Counted from the whole stretch's first letter, positions 26,661 through 38,425 are shown. The stretch: DNA of 63,815 nt, filler included, from Octopus bimaculoides (GCF_001194135.2; 5 parts of 3 records of this genome joined end to end with filler, not necessarily neighbours in it); one strand, 5' to 3'. Notes: generated from the letters alone by a model not told the origin. Numbers and translations: made by a program.

Positions 26661-26668
<8 letters not shown>
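26013..26668. repeat. Long imperfect inverted repeat (arms about 26013-26180 and 26501-26668)
   Basis: Reverse complement of the left arm aligns with the right arm over ~165 nt, including the (TAT)n tail; roughly 75-80% by eye. Confidence 0.8.
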
Positions 26669-26706
<38 letters not shown>

Positions 26707-26750
26707 NNNNNNNNNNNNNNNNNNNNNNNNNNNNNNNNNNNNNNNNNNNN

Positions 26751-26762
26751 TTAATTAATTAA
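26751..26762. other. Assembly spacer TTAATTAATTAA between N runs (also 38861-38872, 55361-55372, 58736-58747)
   Basis: Identical six-frame-stop 12-mer centred in ~100-nt gaps, four times. Confidence 0.95.
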
Positions 26763-26808
26763 NNNNNNNNNNNNNNNNNNNNNNNNNNNNNNNNNNNNNN
26801 NNNNNNTA

Positions 26809-27170
26809 ACAGCTTGATGCCTCTGTAATTATTTGTATCTAAAGCGTCACCTTTACCTTTGTAGCAGTTGACTATGATGCTGCTACACCAGTCATTGGGT
26901 ATGACTCCTTCGTGTATCACCTGGTTCGTAATACGGGTGACTAGGCTATAGCCAACACTGCCAGATATTTTGAGCATCTCTGCAGTGATTCCTGATGGGC
27001 CGGGGGCTTTCCCGGTCTTCATACTCTTAATTGCTTTATCTACCCTGGTACTATCAACTCGGATAGCTGGTCCCTCTATTGGGTCGACATACGGCAGGCT
27101 CTCTTTCTCCCATTCATTCTCTTTATTAAGCAATCTATCGTAGTGGCATCTCCAGACCTCTTTCTTTGCA
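26809..27170 (-). mobile_element. RTE LINE internal fragment
   Basis: KKEVWRCHYDRLLNKENEW...KAPGPSGITAEMLK...NYRGIKLL; cut by a gap. Confidence 0.9.
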
Positions 27171-27385
27171 AGGAACCACATCCACTTATCTTCCCTAATC
27201 TGTTCTTTATCAACATCAATCTGATAATCCACTCTAATCCCTTAACCATTCTTTATAGAGCAATTTCTTTCTATTCTCTTTCAGAATTATCTCAGATCTA
27301 TTTTAGTCAACAGAGGCAAAGACCAAAGTTAACTGAATAACATAAGCTATTAAGAGGTTTGGTAACTTATCAATTAGGTGAACAA

Positions 27386-27577
27386 CAGTTCATCTTTGGC
27401 CCTAAAAACCAGTTCATCTTTGAGCCCAAAAAGCAGTTCATCTTTGGCCCTAAACAGCAATTCATCTTTGGGCCCAAAAAGCAGTTCATCTTTGGCCCTA
27501 AACAGCAATTCATCTTTGGGCCCAAAAAGCAGTTCATCTTTGGCCCTAAACAGCAGTTCATCTTTGGCCCTAAAAAT
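27386..27577. repeat. 24-bp minisatellite, 8 units, alternating A/B (48-bp higher order)
   Basis: cagttcatctttggccctaaacag / caattcatctttgggcccaaaaag. Confidence 0.95.
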
Positions 27578-27864
27578 TGAATGCAACATCCCTTAGTTAC
27601 TTAATGAGAGAAAAAGAAAAAAACAAAACAAATGGAGATAAATGAAACTACAAATACACACACAAACAAAACATACACATGAACATAAAGCTACACACAC
27701 ACACACACACACGCACACACACAAACATCCATACAGCAAGCTGTCTGGAAAAGCTGAATTTAAAAGACAGTTTCATGATGACATAATTCAACACAACCAT
27801 TGCAACACACATGGACACAACGGTGTTTGAGAAAAACCATTTTATGTTGCAGCTTAATATGAGA

Positions 27865-28062
27865 GAGAAAGAGAGAGAGAGAGGGAGAGAAAGGGAGAGA
27901 GAGAGAGACAGAGACATACAGAGAGAGAGAGACAGAGACATACAGAGAGACAGAGACATACAGAGAGACAGAGACATACAGAGAGAGAGAGACATACAGA
28001 GAGACAGAGACATACAGAGAGAGAGAGAGAGACAGAGACATACAGACAGACAGACAGAGAGA
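27865..28062. repeat. (GA)n compound repeat with gagacagagacataca units
   Basis: Direct inspection. Confidence 0.9.
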
Positions 28063-28091
28063 ACTTGAAGTCAATGAAAGTAATGTCTTAC

Positions 28092-28166
28092 CTCTCCAAC
28101 AAGTGGAGTATTTAATCTGATTAATGGTTTCCGTCCTCGACAAATAAATTCTGGACCATTGGATTC
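28092..28166 (-). CDS. Exon 7: ESNGPEFICRGRKPLIRLNTPLVGE
   Basis: Acceptor atttttattttcctatgttttag|, donor GAG|gtaaga; 75 nt, phase 0-0. Confidence 0.8.
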
Positions 28167-29699
28167 CTAAAACATAGGAAAATAAAAATAAAATCATAAA
28201 AATTGATTGTCTAATTTACAAATTGGTGACTTCACAGAAATACCATAGAAGACTCAGTAAAGTGACTTGATCTGCTAGGAGAAACAGCCATTAGATAATG
28301 CTGTCTGGGTGGTCATGGCCAAAATGTCTTTGATCATAGGTTTACTCATCTGGAGCTGACTCGGGGTTAAACAACACTACAGGGATATAAACTGTGCCCA
28401 GAAGGTTTTGTCTAATTTCAGGAAAAATCAGTCACTGACCCCTAATTAAGGTGTACCCCAAAATATGTCACAATGGAGGGGAACAATTACAGATGATGAA
28501 AGGGATCTCAAAGACAGAACAATTTTAATTAATTTACAAATCATAATTAGTTAAAACCATAAAGTTACTCATTTTTTTTCTTTTTTTACATTTTGAGTGT
28601 TTTAATAAAAATATTTAATTAAGTTTTAATTATAATTAACTGAAATTATAAAGCTGCTGGTATTTTGTACATTTTGATTGTCCTCATTTAACATTTGTTT
28701 TCCATGCTGGCATGGGTTGGACAAAACATTTAATGATAAAAGTTACATTTAAACACCATTTGAGCGTGGCCATTGCCAGTACCACCTGACTGGCCCTCGT
28801 GCCGGTGGCGCGTAAAAAGCACCCACTACACTCTGCTTAGTGGCTGGTGTTAGGAAGGGCATCCAGCTATAGAAACTCTGCCAGATCGGATTAGAACCTG
28901 ATGTAGCCTGCTGGCTTGCCAGTCTTTAGTCAAATAGTCCAACCCATGCTAGCGTGGAAAACAGACGTTAAATGATGATGATGATGATGATTTGATATTC
29001 TGCTGTCAGTTGATGACTAATTTCTACCGAAATCCAGGAAGGTGAGTTGTAGGAGACAAAGGAATAACAAGTTCAAATTTCGGCACACTTTCAGTGGAAA
29101 AAGTCAATTACATCAACTCCCCAGGGATCAGCTAGTACTGCTTTTATTGATCCTGAAAGGGTGAAAGGCAAAGTTGCATGCTAACGATTCTGCCAGCTCG
29201 CTACCTTTAATAATAATAATAATGGGTTCAAATGTCGGTATATTACCAGGAATTTCAGGGGATGGGCTAAGCTGATTAAATCAACCCCAGTGCATGACTG
29301 GTATTCATTTTATCAACCCTGAAAGGATGAAAGGCAAAGTCGACCTTGGCAGAATTTGAACTCAGAACATAAAGACAGACAAAATTCTGTTAAGCATTTT
29401 GCCCAGCATACCAAAAATTCTGCCAGTTTTTCTACCTTAGAGGAAAAAGGAATATTACCAAAAGTTTTTATGAGCAAACCCTGGTGAGTTTATAGAGGAA
29501 ATCTCATGAAAAGGTAACAAGATGGCAGAAAGGGGTTCAATTAAAAATGGTTTCAAATTTTCACACAAGGTCGGTAATTTTGAGAGATAGGGGTCAGTCA
29601 ATTATATCAACCTCAGTACTTGACTGACCCTGAAAGAATGACAGGTAAAGTCAACCTAAGCAGCATTTGAACTCAGAGCTTCATCGTAGCCTCATTTTC

Positions 29700-29955
29700 T
29701 CCTTCACAGTTGTCTCCCATGGCATATTACTCTCCTTTCTGTTGCATTTGTGTCTCATGAAAATATATTTATCATTTACATGTTATATATGTTAATACCA
29801 CAGTATTGACCAGACTATAAAACATGGTTACACGTCATTGGAAATTTCCCCAAGACACCTGATGAAGGCTGGACGGTATATCAGCTGAAACGTTGTGTTA
29901 ACAACAAACAAGATGAGGACAAATATCCGTCAAATGTAAATAATGTAAATAATTC
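29700..29955 (+). mobile_element. Penelope-like element terminal (pLTR) fragment
   Basis: Contains CTGATGA...GAAAC hammerhead core and (AATGTAAAT)2 end; PLE assignment from the known PLE-hammerhead association. Confidence 0.65.
29854..29899 (+). ncRNA. Minimal type I hammerhead ribozyme
   Basis: Stem I GACAC/GUGUU; CUGAUGA; 6-bp stem II GGCUGG/UCAGCU; GAAAC; palindromic AACGUU in place of stem III. Confidence 0.7.
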
Positions 29956-31310
29956 CTCATATCTTAAATATAGAAATGCATTTTGCATTGTTTTAGCTTT
30001 GAAATGATGGCACCTTTGCTGGCTAGCCAAGTAGGCCTACTTTTATCCCTGACTAGCAAAGCTAGTTTGTTGCAGGGTGACCCCCTATTTACAGCTGAGT
30101 GGACTGCAGCAATGTGAAACAAAGTGTTTTGCTCAAGGACACAGTACACTGCCCAGTCCAAGAATCGAACCCATGATCTAGTGATTGTGAGTGCAATACC
30201 CTAACTGCAAGGCCATGTGCCTTCACATTCATCATCATCATCCTCATTTAGAGTCTGTTTTCCTTGCTGGCATGGGTTAGACGGTTTGACTGGAACTGGT
30301 AAGCCAGAGAGCTGCACCAGGTTCCAGTCTGATTTGATATGGTTTCTACAGCTGGGTGCCCTTCCTAATGCCAACCACTCCACAGAATGTACCAGGTGCC
30401 TCTAACGTGTCATCAGCACAGGTATCTATATCGTATGTAATGTTATATTTATTACATCATCATCATCAGACATCTGTTTTCCCTGCTGGCATGGGTTGGA
30501 CAGTTGGACAGGAACTAGCAAGCCCACACCAGGCTCCGTTTGTCTGTTTTGGCATGGTTTCTAAGGTTGGATGCCATTTCTAATGTGCCAACCACTTTCC
30601 AGAGTGTGCTGGGTGCATCTTACATGGAACTGGCACAAGTATCTTTTACATGGTGCCCTCTATGTGGCGCCAGCACAATTGCTTCTTACATAGTTCCAGC
30701 ATGAAACTAAAGCAACATCATCATCATTCAACATCTGTGTCCCATGCTAGCATGGGTTGGACGGTTTGACAGAATCCAAGAATCCCGTGGACTGCATTGT
30801 GCTCCTGCGTCTGGTTTGTTTACTAAGTGCTTTTCTGGTGCCACCGACACTAGAGATCATGAAACCTCATAGAGGGACAGCTTTATGCTAGGGGACAGAG
30901 TGTGAGAAGGGGCAGGAAGCAGGTTCTTGTTGTAGGGGAGCCACATGGCTACTTGCATGGAAGAAAGAGAGAGAGAGAATGCTCTAAAGGAGCGGCAAAG
31001 AAGAAAACAGACATACAAAGTGGAGATGAGGTGTCCAGGTGGCCCCTGAAGGTACAAGGTGAGTTGAAGTGAGTGGGGGAGAGAGGAACTAGGAGTGTGG
31101 GTGGGTTTGGGGGGTCTGCAGAGTGTATGTGTATATGTGGTGGTGGTGGTGGTGTTGGGGAGATGGAGAAATTGGAGAGGGGAAAAGGTAGAGGCCACAA
31201 CTGCAAAGATTGGAAAGGGTTGAAGGAAAGATGTGAGAACTGGGGGTGGTGGGGGATGACCATTGATGCAAATTCTAATGAAAAGACTTCTGAATAAAAC
31301 AAAGACTTAC

Positions 31311-31464
31311 TTTGGTGTTGAGGAAGGAATCATCTCCGTGAGAGCTAAGAATGCTGCTGCTGGGGCTTCGAGGAATTTGGTTGTACAATGAAGTACCAAG
31401 AGTATGTTCAGTCATTGCTTTTATTGAGGGTGGTGCATAGGGCAGTGTTGGGTCAGTTTCTGAT
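31311..31464 (-). CDS. Exon 6: (R)SETDPTLPYAPPSIKAMTEHTLGTSLYNQIPRSPSSSILSSHGDDSFLNTK
   Basis: Acceptor ttttgttatattttgtag|, donor AAA|gtaagt; 154 nt, phase 2-0, exactly bridging exons 5 and 7. Confidence 0.88.
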
Positions 31465-32715
31465 CTACAAAATATAACAAAAATGGTAAATACACTTCAA
31501 GAGGAATGGTACAACAAAATATATTCCCAACATTTTATTACTAATAGCCATCATCATAATTTTGACACCCACTTTTCCATGCTTGCATCGTTCAGAGGAA
31601 ACTTGTTGAAGCAGGTTTTCTACAGCTTGATGCTCTTCCTGTCACCAACCTTCAACTGTTTCCAAGCAAGGTAGTATTTCTTGTTGTCCTCCAAAACAAT
31701 GAACAGCTCCATGACCAGACATGTTTTTGTGGAAGATTACATAAGCAGGACACTATTTGTATGAAAAGTGACTTGGGTCTTTTAATCAGTCCTCAAACAT
31801 CAAGAGAAATCACACACAAAATTTCCATCTAATAATTCACATGGCATAGCATTGGTCATCCTATGGCCATCGTAGAAGACACCAGTTGACATGGCCATGC
31901 TGTGACTATTCATTTGATAAAATGGAAACTCGTTGGATTCCTTCACAGTTTACAACCAACTAAATATCAGCTGCTTAATTCAATAATAATAATAATATTA
32001 ATTCTTTTGAATAAAGGAACACATAACATGAAAGGGGGGATAAAATGGATTATGTGAACCCTAGTATTTTACTGGTATGTTTTTATTGACCATATATGAA
32101 TAAGAGATAAATTTATCTTTGGTCGGATTTGAAATCAGATTGTCAAGATGTAAATTCCGAAACTGCAAATTCTATCCCCTCTCCCACTCACCCTACCAAT
32201 TCTGCCAATTTACCAACCAACATAGCAATTTCTCCACCATTCTAGCAATCCATTCTAACCATCACTCAACTACTTTAGCCAGTCCACTTCCATTCTGATA
32301 CCAATATTGACCAATGTTTATTTTATTGGACCTCACAACATCGGAAGATGAAGTTGATCTCAACAGGATTTACCAAAATAGAAACCAAAATATTCTTTGA
32401 TCAAAAATGAGCTGATCAAAGTTTACATTCAAGTTTTATGGAACAAAAAGAAACCACCAATTCATTCTTGAAAACAAATCCAGCAGGTTTTAATCTAAAA
32501 CTATACACTAGTTATATATATATGTATATATATATATATATATATAGCTTACTGTTCTAAACAAACCATGTGCCCAGAGCCCAAAGATTGTTTGGAGACA
32601 CAAGGCACATTATAAAAATCTGCCTAACCACATGTTTCAATGGCAAGAATTTGTTAGTAATTCTTATTTTGATACAGAGGTTATATTAAATGATATGCTT
32701 TGATATCTAATTTTT

Positions 32716-32766
<51 letters not shown>

Positions 32767-33281
32767 TATACATATATACACACACACACGCACCAATTAC
32801 ATACAATAAAACTATGCAGTAGTTATATAGCACAGCAGAGCGGTGATGGCTATGGTTGGGCTACTCGACTACTGGTTTAACATAAACCAAGACACCAGAT
32901 ATCCAATATCTAGAACTGTAAACTGCTTCCAAACATTTTATTGGTTATTTTTACTCAAAGAGTTGACGTGGGTCATCTAACAACAATAATTTGAAGAAAA
33001 TTTAACATGAGTCCTTTTTTTTTTCTCCTTTTGCAAGAATAAATAACGTCATTTGCTAAAATCTTGCCAAAAGATTTTAATAAACTATTTTTAATGGTAG
33101 AACTTGAATTAGATAAAACCATATAAATAATCGTGTGCAAAGTATTTGGTTAAAAAAAGACCTTTGGAGAGGAAAAAAAATCAAATGGTTTATGTTGGTC
33201 TCAAGCTGTTCACTTCCTGCAGACAACCAAATTCTTTTGAGTTTTTTTTTATTGAGTTGATATAAAATTGATTGAACTTAC

Positions 33282-33414
33282 CTCATGGAATTTGGCTCAT
33301 GTTGGAAAAAAGACATCTCACTGCTAATAATACTGTCCCGATCAGACCCACGAGGTCCAAGCTTAAAGGCCAGATCATTTCCATAGACACTGTTGAGATC
33401 TGGTAAATAAGTTC
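33282..33414 (-). CDS. Exon 5: (G)TYLPDLNSVYGNDLAFKLGPRGSDRDSIISSEMSFFQHEPNSM
   Basis: Acceptor gttttatttttcag|, donor GAG|gtaagt; 133 nt, phase 1-2; other two frames are closed. Confidence 0.9.
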
Positions 33415-34092
33415 CTGAAAAATAAAACTGTTTCACCTCAAATTTTTGCCAGAATTTAGAGAATGAATAATTTGTGGCAGATCACCAAGAATCCTAACAA
33501 TAACGAATCTATTTATTCTGAATTCATTTTGGTAGACTGGAACATGAATAACGGATTGCATCTCCTCCCTTTTAGACATTCGTAACAGGTACAATCCATT
33601 GATATAAAAGGGCTTTGAGATACAATGTTTCAGCCTTATTGTATGTCTCCTTAGTCAAAGTTATCCCCTCCACTTACTGAACTGGGGAGCTCTTGCTTAT
33701 AGAAACCAGCAAACAAAATACTTGCTGATGTCTGGCAAACCAATAATAATTTACAGGGAGGAGCATGCACGACAGCTGATTCTTATAAACAAAAGCTCAT
33801 TCTGAGGAGACACAAAATAAGGTCAAAACATCTTGGTATTTCAAAACTCCCCCATACAATGGTAAATTACATCTTATGAACAAAAGCTGACTGAAAAGAG
33901 GAGAGGTCCTCTATTGACATTTAATAACAGCACTCAGATATTCACATTCAAATCTGCCAGAATCTATTATGGATGAATAAATATCTAATTGTTTACAGAT
34001 GCCTTTTCTTGATGTAACAACTCTGGGAAACTCTGGAACCTCATTATTTGTCTTGAAGAAAGAGGAACCAAATCTAGGATACTTTAACTAAA

Positions 34093-34600
34093 CAAGTGGT
34101 TCTCAACTGAGGTCCATATTGGTTTTTGGGGGTCTATAGAAGATCTTGTTAAAATTTATATGCAATAAACTGGAATTTTATTTCGGTTTTGGATTTGGTT
34201 TGCAAGATTCTTTATGTGAGTTCTTGTGTTGAAGCATATTCTGTTGTGTCTGGGGAGAGTCATTCTCTTTCGGTGCCTTATAATTTAACACACTCACTGG
34301 TAAAATTTCTGCTTATTTCTTTTTTATTTTTCTAAAATTTTTCTGAAAACCATTTTAGAAAAATAAAAAGGAAATAAGTGCAAATTTTCCCGGTGAGTGT
34401 TAAATTATGAGGCACCAAAAGAGAATGACTCTCCCCAGACACAACAGAAACTGGTTATACTTCTATAATATGCAAAATATTTTAACAATTTTTTTATATA
34501 ATTCCTAATAATGTGTAATTATGAATTTAGAAAAGGGTTTTTTCTTAAACATCAAAAGACTAGGAGGGTCTATCAGACTAAAATAGGAAGGAAATCCGGT
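34093..34600. mobile_element. hAT/Charlie-like MITE remnant, interrupted at 34174-34447
   Basis: Left end caagtggttctcaac resembles the CAGTGGTTCTCAAC TIR; right TIR not found. A similar end occurs at about 51624. Confidence 0.3.
34174..34447. repeat. Fold-back insertion with ~100-bp arms (34239-34338 / 34352-34449), flanked by a 7-bp direct repeat
   Basis: Arms are near-perfect reverse complements; aaactgg at 34167-34173 and 34448-34454. Confidence 0.9.
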
Positions 34601-34873
34601 ATTATAATAATGTCTCTAGGCAACCATCTATTGACTGCATGTCCATGACTTTTTATACATTCCACATAATTATGAACATTACAACTATTATGTAATTCTT
34701 CCAGAAACAGCCGTTGAGTTAAAAATGATGCATTCTTCCCTTAGTTTTCTATATTTTCTATACTCTGTGTAAAAGTAAATTTATTTGTTAATATAGATAA
34801 ATATCTATATGTCTGTCTGGATATATTTAGTTTTTGTGTCTATATATATCCCTACATATAGCTATATGTGTAA

Positions 34874-34918
<45 letters not shown>

Positions 34919-35174
34919 TTAGATAACAAGCTTCATTGTGTTTATCTGCATCACTTTCTCTCTCTCTCTCTGATGATGATGACGATATCCGTGAAGCCTG
35001 AATTTCATCATACTTACCATATTTTCATCACTACCTCAAGACACCTTAATGATGTTGGAACGAGTTCTTCAACAATTACAAGACAACTTCAAGACCATAA
35101 GATCAGAAAGATGTCTTGAGATGAGGAACTCCACAACCACACAGAAGCATTTGAGAAAGTGTAGGATAACTAAC

Positions 35175-35597
35175 CTTGCACGGCCGATATACCAGAAGTA
35201 ACTGATCTTGTATCGGAATAACTGTCGGATGTATCACTAGGCCAAAGACATCCTTCTTCAATGGGGTGATGACGCACAGCCTGCAATTTGCGCTGTCGTT
35301 CTTTGAGTTGTAAATATTTGCCATATGCCGGAGTGTGAGCAAGATGGCTGGGAACCTCAGATACAGAACTAATTGATGGTGGATGTTTCGATGAAGTCAG
35401 GCTGGTAGAATCAGCTGATGTGTCTGATCTGTAGAGAGATGTGACGTTGATTGCTGGAGAAGTAGATGAAACTGGCAGGTTTAATGATGTGAGTTGGTCG
35501 TCAATTTTTTGTGGTGGCTGGACAGGGGCAGAAAAACTGCTGGCAATTTGAGAAATTCTGTCCACATTGGACGCAATATCGGATTCGATTTGTCCAA
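35175..35597 (-). CDS. Exon 4: Ser/Pro/Thr-rich, (V)GQIESDIASN...AYGKYLQLKERQRKLQ...SGISAVQ
   Basis: Acceptor ttctctttattacag|, donor CAAG|gttagt; 423 nt, phase 1-1; lies in ORF 35170-35631. Confidence 0.92.
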
Positions 35598-35826
35598 CTG
35601 TAATAAAGAGAATCTCGTTATTTAACATCAAGAAATTATAATTAACAAAGGGTGTTCATGGTTTAGCACAGATGTCATGTTACTTCTCCATTACAGATCG
35701 TTAAATTTAAATTTGAAACTGTTAATGAAATGAAAAACTTTGGTAACCAATTAGTACTTCTGTTAACGAAAGCAGAATTAGGATTAGGGTTATGAAATGA
35801 TAATGAGTGGATGTTGGGTAAGATCG

Positions 35827-36050
35827 AGTGAAGTGAGGCTGGGTGGTGGGAGGCTGGGTTGAGTGAGGTTGGGTGGAGCAAAGTTGGGTAGAGAGAGGCT
35901 GGGTGGAGTGAGGCTGGGTGGAGTGAGGCTGGGTGGAGTGAACTAGGTGGAGTGAACTAGGTGGAGTGAACTAGGTGGAGTGAGGTTGGGTGGAGGGAAG
36001 CTGGGTGGAGTGAGGCTAGGTGGAGTGAGGCTGGGTGGAGTGAGATTAGG
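35827..36050. repeat. G-rich 15-bp (and 14-bp variant) minisatellite, about 15 units
   Basis: gtggagtgaggctgg / gtggagtgaactag. Confidence 0.92.
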
Positions 36051-36391
36051 CCAAGGAATAAGCCTACAGTATGAGCCTAGACAGTATAATTCAATCTAGT
36101 GGTCTATTGCTTCTACAAAGTCAATGCCCATATATGGACAACTGAGACAGTCATCATCATCAACATCATTTAATGTCCAATTGCCATGCTGGCATGGGTT
36201 GGACAATTTGATAGGAACCAATGCACTGCAGGACTGTGTCAGGCTTCCTTGAAGTCTTTAGTATGGGTTCTATGGCTGGATGCCCTTCCTGACACCAACC
36301 ACTTTACAGGGAGCCCCAGGTGGTTCTATTAAGAATTATTGCAACATTGAAACAAATGATAGACTAAATTTTAAATGGAACCAATACTTAC

Positions 36392-36587
36392 CATTTCTAC
36401 GTAATCTGAAACTTTGTCTGGCAGGAGACTGAGAGCGTGACCTATCATGGTCTTTTTTCTGATAAGGATTACGGCGCTTGTGTTTACGAGATGCCTTACG
36501 ACTCTTTAAAGAACGCCTGTTGAGAGTGCTTTGTCGACTTTGGTCGCTGCTGCTGTTTTGGTAGTAATCATAGTTCCAGTAGGACAA
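36392..36587 (-). CDS. Exon 3: LSYWNYDYYQ...SRKASRKHKRR...RSRSQSPARQSFRLRRN (basic/RS-like)
   Basis: Acceptor ctttcactgtgtcttcag|, donor AATG|gtaagt; 196 nt, phase 0-1; lies in ORF 36336-36587. Confidence 0.9.
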
Positions 36588-36867
36588 CTGAAGACACAGT
36601 GAAAGAGATAATGGTGGTTAGGGTTGAGGTTTCAAGCCACAGTGAAGTAGTCATAGTGTTATAATAATGTCATACAATTTACATTATACTACAATATATT
36701 TATACATTATGTAATAAATAGCTATACAATATATATTTATATTAATACATTTGTAGACTGTACATTATTACAATATTTTTTTTTTCATGCTCATAATTAC
36801 AATTAACAAAACTAATAGCAAACGAGATGTATTTTATTTAAACAAACTAACTGGAGATTGTACTCAC

Positions 36868-36969
36868 TTCATTTTGACTGCCCATGACGGATTTGTTTAA
36901 TCTTGCGACACATTGAGAAAAACTAGGGGCACGATTTAAGGCCCGCTTCTGAGACTGGAGAGAACAAGC
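36868..36969 (-). CDS. Exon 2: ACSLQSQKRALNRAPSFSQCVARLNKSVMGSQNE
   Basis: Acceptor ccatttcctttaacag|, donor GAA|gtgagt; 102 nt, phase 0-0, open frame. Confidence 0.85.
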
Positions 36970-37169
36970 CTGTTAAAGGAAATGGTTTTCAAATCAGTTC
37001 AAATACAAGAACACAAGAGGTGGCTCATTCATGAGAAATAATGATCAGGTTGGGAGTATAATCAAACATTTGGCGATGGAAACTTTTTAATATAATTTGT
37101 TTTGTTATTTTATGAAATGAAAGACACTCAAACATATTTTTGTACTCCAGGTTTTGTTGCTGGCAGAAA

Positions 37170-37622
37170 AGGTAAGACTTTTCCATGTGTGGGTTGTTGC
37201 CAGTGCCGCCTAAATGGCTCCCCATGCTGGTGGCACGTAAAAAGCACCATCAGAACATGGTCGATGCCAGCCTCCCCGCCCTGACTGGCTCCTGTACTGG
37301 TAACATGTAAAAAGTACCATCCGAACGTAGCCGATGACAGTGCCGCCTGACTGGTTCTCCATGCTGGTGGCACATAAAAAGCACCATCCAAATGTGGCCA
37401 ATGCCAGAGCCACCAGACTGGCCCTCATGCCAGTGGTACATAAAAGGCACCCATTACACTCTCGGAGTGGTTGGCATTAGGAAGGGCATCCAGCTGTAGA
37501 AACACTGCCAGATCAGATTGGAGCCTGGTGTGGCCTCCTGGCTTGCCAGTCCCCAGTCAAACCGTCCAACCCATGCCAGCATGGAAAGCGGACGTTAAAC
37601 GATGATGAGGATGATGATGATG
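37170..37622 (+). mobile_element. Family A element with four ~66-bp tandem units and complete tail
   Basis: Units ...ctggtggcacgtaaaaagcacc...; ends ccaacccatgccagcatggaaagcggacgttaaac(gat)n. Confidence 0.85.
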
Positions 37623-38367
37623 TCTTAATTACTAATTAACCAATTATTAAATAAACTAAGTTATCTTCAGGTACAGTCCTCATACTGGATGTTTCTGTAT
37701 ATCTTATTCAATGTGAAGGCACATGGCTTAGTGGTTAGGGTGTTGCACTCACGATCATTGTATCATGGGTTCAATTCTCAGACTAGGTGGTGCGTTGGGT
37801 TCTTGAGTGGAAACTTCATTTCATGTTGCTCCAGTCCACCCAGTTGTAAATCAGTAACTTTGTACATTTTAAATATTTGTATTGTGGTGGTGATTTGAAA
37901 CCAAACTGCCAGGTAACTGGTCAGACATCATGACCAAGCCATAATACTTCACATGATTGGTCTATTAAGTAGCCAATCAGCATGAAGCTACCACATGATT
38001 CAATCTTATAGAATCTCCTGATTTCCTTTTAAAAGACCACTTTTAGAGGTAATTTATTACAGAATGCTGAAGCAGTTGAATGACCAGTCTCTCCATGCTT
38101 GCCAAACCAGACGGCTCAGATAGATGACCAACAGCCTCCATCACCATGGAGATAGCACAATTGTTGTCAGATATGATAGGCAAACAACATGTTGCTGTAC
38201 CAATAGCTTTCTGCTATCTCAGAGCAGAATCGCTCATCCGTTCTGCAATCACTGTTGTTGTTAACTGTAAAAGGCCAACAGAGTTAAATGTTTGCAGATG
38301 TGTATCAGTCACTTCTTTGTATGTACATATGTATGTATGTATGTGTGTGTATGTGTGTGTGTATGTA

Positions 38368-38425
<58 letters not shown>

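Noticed and set aside
26751-26762. Recurrent TTAATTAATTAA palindrome
   Set aside because: It is always centred in N runs, so it is an assembly linker.
37200-37450. Regularly spaced palindromic repeats resembling a CRISPR array (also 27386-27577)
   Set aside because: Whole units are homologous with no unique spacers, there are no cas genes, and the context is eukaryotic retroelement.
37952-37984. Two inverted CCAAT boxes forming a small hairpin
   Set aside because: No credible first exon or donor follows, and an in-phase upstream exon exists at 50348-50399.
38050-38264. Strong minus-strand acceptor at 38264 followed by NNNSDCRTDERFC...
   Set aside because: All frames hit stops before a good, phase-compatible donor.
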